In this document: piece by piece, positions 19,705 through 26,690 of the stretch
How the letters are laid out: each line of letters begins with the position of its first letter
Position numbering within the stretch: the first letter of the stretch is position 1
Assembly (NCBI GenBank): GCA_008632985.1
Contig: QPGO01000252.1
Location: 62,001-88,690, forward strand
DNA: 26,690 nt
Origin: Psammoneis japonica
Lineage: Eukaryota
Direction: 5' to 3'
Position numbers and translations under genes: made by a program
Notes under the pieces: generated by a model
What the model was told of the DNA's origin: nothing
Database searches by the model: none
Seen by the model: only the letters and a program-made list of their open reading frames with translations

Positions 19705-20900
19705 ATGAGCAGGACGATTGATCTGCCGCCTCCCGGCAGTTCCGTTCCGTTTCGATTATTTTCGCTATTTGCAAACGGCATTACCCACCGTATTGCCACG
19801 GTGCAGGGTCGTCCTCCTTTTTCTTCCAGAGAAAATGTAGAGACGTCGCCGCTCGTTATGCTGCTGCACGGATGGCCCGAAGGTTGGTACTGTTGGCGTC
19901 ATCAGCTCGTAGCTCTTGCAGAGGCGGGGTATCATGTCTGTGCTCCCGATATGCGAGGATACGGAGGAACAGACTCTCCTGCGCTTGTGACAGATTATGC
20001 AATCGAAACACTTTGTGAGGACGTTTTGCAGATTGCGCAGAAATTGGGGTACAACAGAATCGTCCTAGTGGGGCATGATGTGGGCGCCTACTTGAGCTGG
20101 AACATGGCTTTGCTTTATCCCAAACATGTAATTGCCGTTTGTGGCATGTCTGTACCATACTTGGGACACACTCCCCACAAGGAACCTCATCTGAGACGTC
20201 TTCAAAAGCGATTTGGAAACTGTCTCCGGCGCAGTCCTTATGTAGCGACACGGCAAGAACAACAAGTTGCTCAATTCCACTACATGATCCAGCACAATCT
20301 ACCTCACATTGACAGACAGTATGATCAAAATGCTCGAGAAGCCTTGTATCGAATCTATTCGTTTGCGCCCGGAGTTGAATGCTATTCCAAACACACCAGA
20401 AGTGACCGACAAACGCATGTTCCCACCTACGCATCGATGCCCTCAAGACAATAACGACAATGGTTTCCTGGATGCAAGATCCGCACCCGGCTTCTGGGCA
20501 CGCCTCCCCCGTCCGAAGCAGCTACCACCTTGGATGTCAAATGACGATTTCGAATACATCTTGAAACAGTACAAAAGAGCGGCTTTGGTGGAGGACTCAA
20601 GTGGTACCAAGCATTGGATCTCAACTGGTTTCGCACCAGCCATTTAAAGGGAAAAAAGATTGAGCAGCCCGCGCTGTTTCTCTGCGGATCCGAGGATCAC
20701 TAGTCTTGAAGAATCATGGTGGCGCTGAACGGGTGAAACTCGACATTGCAGGACATTTTGTGGAGTTGACAGATGCGGTCTTTCTGCCAGGCGCTGGCCA
20801 CTGGATTCAGCAAGAGTGCGCCGATGAAGTGAACCATTGTCTGCTTAACTTTTTATCGTCTGTTGTGCATGGAGTGGCTTCATCACGGAGTAAGCTGTAA
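19705..20900 (+). CDS. Soluble epoxide hydrolase (alpha/beta hydrolase) with PTS1; three apparent 1-bp indels (~20388, ~20580, ~20700)
   Basis: HGWPE oxyanion motif, APDMRGYG, GHDVG nucleophile, FHY and LKWY tyrosines, GSED, GAGHWIQQE, and C-terminal SKL. Confidence 0.9.
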
Positions 20901-21294
20901 CTTTTGTGTGGCACCTTTAGCTGGCGTTTGTGGGACTCAATACTCCACAAAGTGAGCCTCTCCATTGTTACCGACTGTTGGGAGATGCCGAATATCGTAC
21001 ATTCCGACCGTTGAAGATAAACTGAAGTCGCTCAGTATACGTTTTTAGAGTGTTCGAGAGAGGATAATGGATGCGACTCTCGAAATAGGACAGACGGTCT
21101 CTCTACGTTTTGTATTCCATCCAACTGATGCAGAAAAATCCAGTCGTGCGAGATTGAAGTTTTGAATGGGGGGAATGCGCGGAGCATCATTCTCGCGGAG
21201 AATCGTTTTTGGAGAAATGATGCTCTTGAAAGAAAGCGTGCAATGTGTCACTTGGTCACTGAATCTTCACTCGAGTAATATTGCAAGAGTGAAA

Positions 21295-22738
21295 ATGCCA
21301 TCGTCAATGATTGAATCGGTTCCGTCGTTAGGTGAGGTATCGCAATCCTCGTCCGAAGGTTCTCACGATGAAGCAGCGATGCCCAAGCTGGTAAAAGCTC
21401 CAACGTTGATTCACACAAAGCAATGGGAAGCACTGATTACTGACAATGCGTCACCGTTCAAGCCTTCAGGTCCAGAACCGCCGAGATCATACGCCGGTTT
21501 CCACCGAAACCCAAACGTTACGACCGCGTAGTACTTTGTCTTGGAAGTCAGCAGTTAGCCATGATAGCGAAGCCACCAAGATATCTGAAAGTTCCTCATT
21601 TGCATCACCGATGTCTCCACCGCAGCGTACTTCTGTGAAGAATCTGGTAAACAAGTTCTCTCTATTTGGCGGCTTTCAACAAGCACCACAGAAAAAGAAA
21701 TCGTCCCCTCCCTCTGTGGTTGCGCCCTCCGAAGTCTCAGAAACTTCCACGTTGGATTCTCGGGCAGAGTCAAACTGGCAAAGGAAGGCTGCAAGTCTAG
21801 AGAGAGAGTGCAGTGCTTTGCAAGGAATTATTTGTGCCGATTCTGTGAACATGACCAAGATGAAGAGAGAAGCGAGCGAGCTGCAGAAATCCAATGACCG
21901 ATACATTTCCGAGATTGTGCAACTCAGCTCTATGCTGAAGTCGACTGCGGAGAAGTTGGTTTCGCTCGAGGTTACCCAGCAAGATCAAGATGAAATTGAG
22001 AACGCCCGATCTGAGACCATCAGGTTGTTAAAGGAAGAAATCGAACGTATCAACGGCGACCGTGAAAGGAAAGAAATCGGTTATCTGAACCAGATACGGA
22101 TGCTAAACGAAGAAATCGAACGGACGAAGGAAGAAGGCGAGGATCGCGATTTTGCTCGTGTCGAGACGATAAGGGCTTTGAGGGAAGAAATCGAAAGGCT
22201 TACTGAAACCCAGACCGAAAATTGTGAGACAGAGATTGAGTTCGAACACGAGCTATTTGCTCGCCAAATTCTTCGAGACGAACAGGCTCTGAAGGACGCA
22301 AACGAGAATTTGGAGAAGAAGGACAATGTGATTGCAAAGTTGGCTCAGCAAGTTGAGGACGATCATGCCGGGAGGATGGCTATGGGTCTACTGCAGGACA
22401 AATATGACGCTCTGGAACAGGAGATGGAGCAGATGAAGTCTGAATTCGAGCGTAAGTTGAAGATGAAAGACAGCGAGCTAAAGGAATTGAATCAAGCTCT
22501 TGACGACATCCGTCGTACCAATGAGGAGGAGAAGTCGCTCAGTTCGGCGCAAGTCACAGAGGTACATTTAGCAGAAACCGAGCAAGACCTGGAAACAGCG
22601 CTGCAGTTATTGAAACAGCAAGAGGAACAAATGTGGCATTTGGAAGAGCGGATATTTCAACTGACGCCTCAGGACCTTCAGACGAAGAAAGATTCGTCAG
22701 GAGAGAAGTCGTGTCACTTTCCGTCGACGTGGTATTGA
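21295..22738 (+). CDS. Coiled-coil protein with Ser-rich N-terminus (start uncertain; probable frameshift between ~21450 and 21525)
   Basis: ORF 21446-22738 encodes a long E/K/L/Q heptad-rich region. The upstream frame MPSSMIESVP...(ATG 21295) has similar Ser-rich composition. Confidence 0.7.
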
Positions 22739-22793
22739 GGTGCGCTTCAGCTGTGGTAGTTAATCTCTCAAGCTAGAGTGGAAATAATTACAA

Positions 22794-25700
22794 TCATCGC
22801 TTCTTGCCTTTCTTTCCTCCAGACTTTTGTTTCTTCGCAGCCTTACTTGCTCCAGGCGCCGATATTTTTACGTTCGGGCATATCGCTTGAACCCAGTCGT
22901 TGTCTGCTACTCGTTTGATGAGTTCCTTATCCCTTTCGGCAGTTGATGATTGCTCCTTCTCCATTTTCAGAAACATCTCCGCACACTGCTTTGCTGCCTT
23001 TCCGCGCTTCTGTGCTCCAGGTGTCAGCTTGACCTTGTATTTATACTTCGAAAGCGTTTGATAAGGGGCACAGACCGGCATTACGTACAGAAGGGAATCA
23101 TCAGGATGCGGCTTTCCAGTAAGCTTACTGATTTCCGTTGTGTCATCTACCATTTCTTCCCCCTCTTCGGTATCTTCCGCTACAATACCCTCCTCCGCAA
23201 GCATTTCCCTCCAGGCTTCTTTTTCCTTTTCCTTCTCAGACTTTGTCTTTCTTCGAGCACCATCTGTTCCATCCGCCGACGTGCTATTGTCCACGCTCTC
23301 GAGACTCTCGTGACCGTACTTCTTTATCGTTCGTATGATTCCAGCCAGACTCGCCGAAAAGTTGTCCACCCGAGTCGACTCTTTCAGGGAAAGCAACCTC
23401 TTTGCTGCAGCAAGTTGCTGCTCTTCGGACTCCAAGGTTACCAATGATTCCAATACATCCGCATCGAACTTGTCCCATCGGACCAAAGTCTCATCGGTGT
23501 CTGGCGATCTGACCGAAACACATGTGGCCAGGACGTCTTGAACAGAGTTAGGCAGGGTTTCCACTACTTTCGACGCATCCTTCACCAGAAGCTCGGCTGC
23601 GTCGGCAGCAGCTTTCTCCTGTGACAAGGATACGGTAACGCGCTTGCTGTTGTTTTTATTTGGTGATTTCTTTTCTCCGCCGTGCAAAGCTAGCATTGCC
23701 AATTCTCTGTCTTCGTCATCTTGATTATTATACCTCTTGGCGGCTCGCTTTAGTTTTGATTTCTTACCTCGCTTGGGTGTAGAATTAGCCTTGGGCTCAG
23801 GTGTCACTGGCTTTTCTTTGCGCTGTTTTTCTTTCTCCTTTTGTTCCCTTTCTGCGGCGGCTTTCTCCGCTTCTTCCAAGGATCCATATTTCTTGATCAG
23901 TTTCCGATCTCGCACGGACAATCCTTTCTTCTTCACAGGCTTCTCTTCATTATCCGGCACAGAGGAATTCGTGGGTTGATCAGAGGCTTGAACGTCGCCC
24001 TGTTCATCCGGTTTCTCATCCTGAGATTTTACTACGTCGCTGTCGTTTGTAAAGGGCTCCGCTTCAGCGGGCGACGCCAAGTCAGCATTTCGGGCTTCTG
24101 GCACTTCACCAACAGCTGCATCTGTATTGACGTCTTCTTCCAGCGTCACGGGCGGGGTTATGCTTTCCTGAAGTTGGGGCTCGGATGTAGGCTCAAACAC
24201 GCTCTCTTCAATGATATCTAGCTCCTCCTCTTCGAGATCCGCATCCATCAAGGCGAAATCACGCCTTTCATTCTTGTGCCGTGCAATACTGTCGTCGTCA
24301 CCTAGCCGGAACAGCACAGCCAAACCCATTTCCAGTTGCGATGGAGGGAGAAAATTCTTCTTTCCTCTCACCATGAACGAACCAACCGTAAGATACTCGC
24401 CGCTGGGTGCCGTTTTCGATACTTGGCTTGGTTCCACCCACCACGCCGACGTGACCATGCGAGATGACCACGCCGACGACAAACAAATCGTAAAGTTTCC
24501 AGCCTCTCGTAGAGCCTGGTCTGAAAGTGGTAAAACTCGTGTTTTGCCATTAGCCCCTTTGGTTCGTTGCCGCTTGGCACGAAGGACACACGACGCTGCA
24601 CCATGAACGTCGGCGTGCAGATACGCATCCCCGGGTCGCAAGTATCTCTTGACAAGCATTTCATTTTGTTGTGCATCGCGGCCACCGAGAACCAAATAAT
24701 TGTCACTTGTAATGAACCAATGAAACTTTTCAAACCAATGAGACTTGCGCATGGGAGCTTGGATGGACGCTGTCTTTGATTTTTTCTGAGCCTCTTCCAA
24801 TTGACGTTGTGCGGTTGCCTCGGCCGCCTTGAGCGCTTTTGTAGAAGCTTCAATCGTCTTTTCCGACTTTTCCTTGGCGGCACGGTATCGGTCAAACATT
24901 TCTCGAACATTGCCATAGGCGCTCTTGTTGAGTGACACCGACACATCAATTGGTTTGCTGCTGCTGCTCTCGCCGGAAAGAGTGTCGGGCAACGAGAGCA
25001 CCATGGAATCCTTTTCCAAATCCAAACGTTTTATCAAGAGCGCAATCGGGTTTTGGTTTTGTTGTTCCACCTCCACGAGCTGTTCTAGCGCCTCCCAGTC
25101 CATACCGGTATCCAAGGCAGAATTGATGACGGCAAGAGCCTTGTCTACATCATCCGCGTGGTACTTTACCAAATGTGCATTTCGTTCGAGCGCATCCTGT
25201 TCCTTCTTGAGAGACTCGACACGCCGTTCCAAATCCTTTTGAACCTTGTTTAATTTTTCGCGAGCGGCGGCTTCTGCCGATTCCGCCCTCAGGGCACGCT
25301 TTTGTCCGCCAATGTGAAAGAAAAAGTCATCCACCGCCTCGGCAAAATTGTCGTATTGGATGGAAAGTCTCCCCTCGTGCTGTTTCAATAAGTGAGGCTG
25401 GAATTCTTCCAAGATCTTGTCCGAGTGTTTCAGCACGGAACTATCGGCTGAAGGATTTGCGTCAGCAGCCGGCCGCTCGCGTACAAAATGTACCCTCCCG
25501 AATCCTCCTTCGACAAAACTTGCAAAACCTCTCCACCGTTTCTCTCAAGGATGATACCAACAAATCCCAGGCTGAAACTGGAACTGTGTCTGACAAATTT
25601 GTGGCTGACACTTGTTGATTTGGCGATAGACCGGCGCACAAGATGCAGTGTTCCAAAAGAGACGGTCCGTAGTGATAACACCCGAGGATGGCTTCAACAA

Positions 25701-26496
25701 GAGTGCCTGCAAAGCAAATGTCACATGACGTAAGATCAAGCTATTTTTTCTCAGACGCGTACGCAGTTTTTTCATATCACTGAAGCTGTCTTACCTTCAA
25801 TGGTATGCTGTCTTTTCCCTTTTTGGAGCTCTTCTTGGGATCAGCAGCATCTTGGTCCTTCGGCGCCAGTTGCGAGACAGCCCACTGCAGAGCATCTGAT
25901 CCGTTCATGGCCAATATTCCATCCGCGTTATTATCCTTATCACCACTCTCATCCTTGTCTGGTTGTACATACTTGCCCATACTGGTGGCATACGTCACGG
26001 GATAAACATGACCGACTCGAACTTGCACATCTTGATCCGCGTATTCGTGAGAACGAAGCAGAGCGAGAATTTCGTATTCTTTGTTCGTCAACAAGACGTT
26101 TCCCCTTGCATACAATTCTAAAATGAGTGAATGCCGATTGCTACCCGTTCCAAAGGTAAATTCCACGACCCGATCCAGCTTGCCCAGTTGAACGGCTCGT
26201 TCCAATCGCAATCCCCTCAAGTGCTTTCGCAGTTTGCTACAAAACGGCGACGGCATGCCTTCTTGTTGGAGCGATGCTTGGTGGGATGTGGTATGAAACC
26301 GAATGCCCGATTCTAAATACAAAATTTCTTTTACAGAGCCATCGAATTTAAACAAATAGCCGTCGGCACCCTCCGAGTAACCGTCGTAAATGTTAATAAC
26401 GCGACGTCCCAACAAGGTGCGTTGCACGTGCGATACCATGGCGGCCACGTCGACTCCGTCAAAACGGACTTTTGAGTGTGTTTTGCCTTTTCCCAT
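22794..26496 (-). CDS. NEMF: Ribosome quality control factor NEMF/Rqc2/SDCCAG1 (intron 25707-25794; three 1-bp deletions at ~25677, ~25540, ~25481)
   Basis: NFACT-N (PSPFCSKLRKHLR, LDRVV, ILELYARGN), NFACT-R (WFEKFHWFITSDNYLVLGGRDAQQNE, VSKTAPSGEYLTVGSFMVRGKKNFLP) and NFACT-C (PVCAPY...YKYKVKLTPG). Confidence 0.95.
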
Positions 26497-26690
26497 TTTG
26501 CTATAATGCTAATAATATCTATCGGTTGCAGAGTTCAAAGTTGTTGTGCACTCTTGACAAGAACGACGACGGTGTGGTTTGTGAGCAGTCGTTTACGGTT
26601 GACGCATGTGTGGTGCTTGGCGCTCTGCTGTGGTGTGGTCCTGGTCGCTGGTCGCGTGTTGGCGCGAGGTGCGGCATTTTTCTTTACGCT

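Noticed and set aside
1..26690. CRISPR arrays, tRNA or rRNA genes
   Set aside because: No regularly spaced repeat-spacer array, cloverleaf or rRNA-like sequence was seen by eye. Covariance-model searches were not run.

Overview
Gene-dense eukaryotic nuclear DNA, most likely from a diatom (inferred from bipartite signal-peptide + 'AF' plastid-targeting leaders, short GT-AG introns and PS-repeat secreted proteins). In order, it contains the 3' end of a probable DEDDh RNA exonuclease, a secreted PS-repeat protein with a jacalin-like domain, a divergent H2A/H2B pair with 3' histone stem-loops, an EcKinase-like kinase, SNIP1, a plastid sigma-70 factor, a TPR protein, a peroxisomal epoxide hydrolase, a coiled-coil protein, NEMF/Rqc2 and several hypothetical genes. 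Several conserved genes carry 1-bp indels, probably assembly errors. The most striking signal is at about 4.27-6.34 kb, where two degenerate ~0.5 kb direct repeats flank a decayed helicase-associated (HA) domain gene. Inside this unit, 934 nt (4597-5530) contain no TpA dinucleotide at all. Differences between the repeat copies include TA->TG/CA as well as CG->TG/CA, which suggests a repeat-targeted TpA hypermutation process, the mirror image of fungal RIP.
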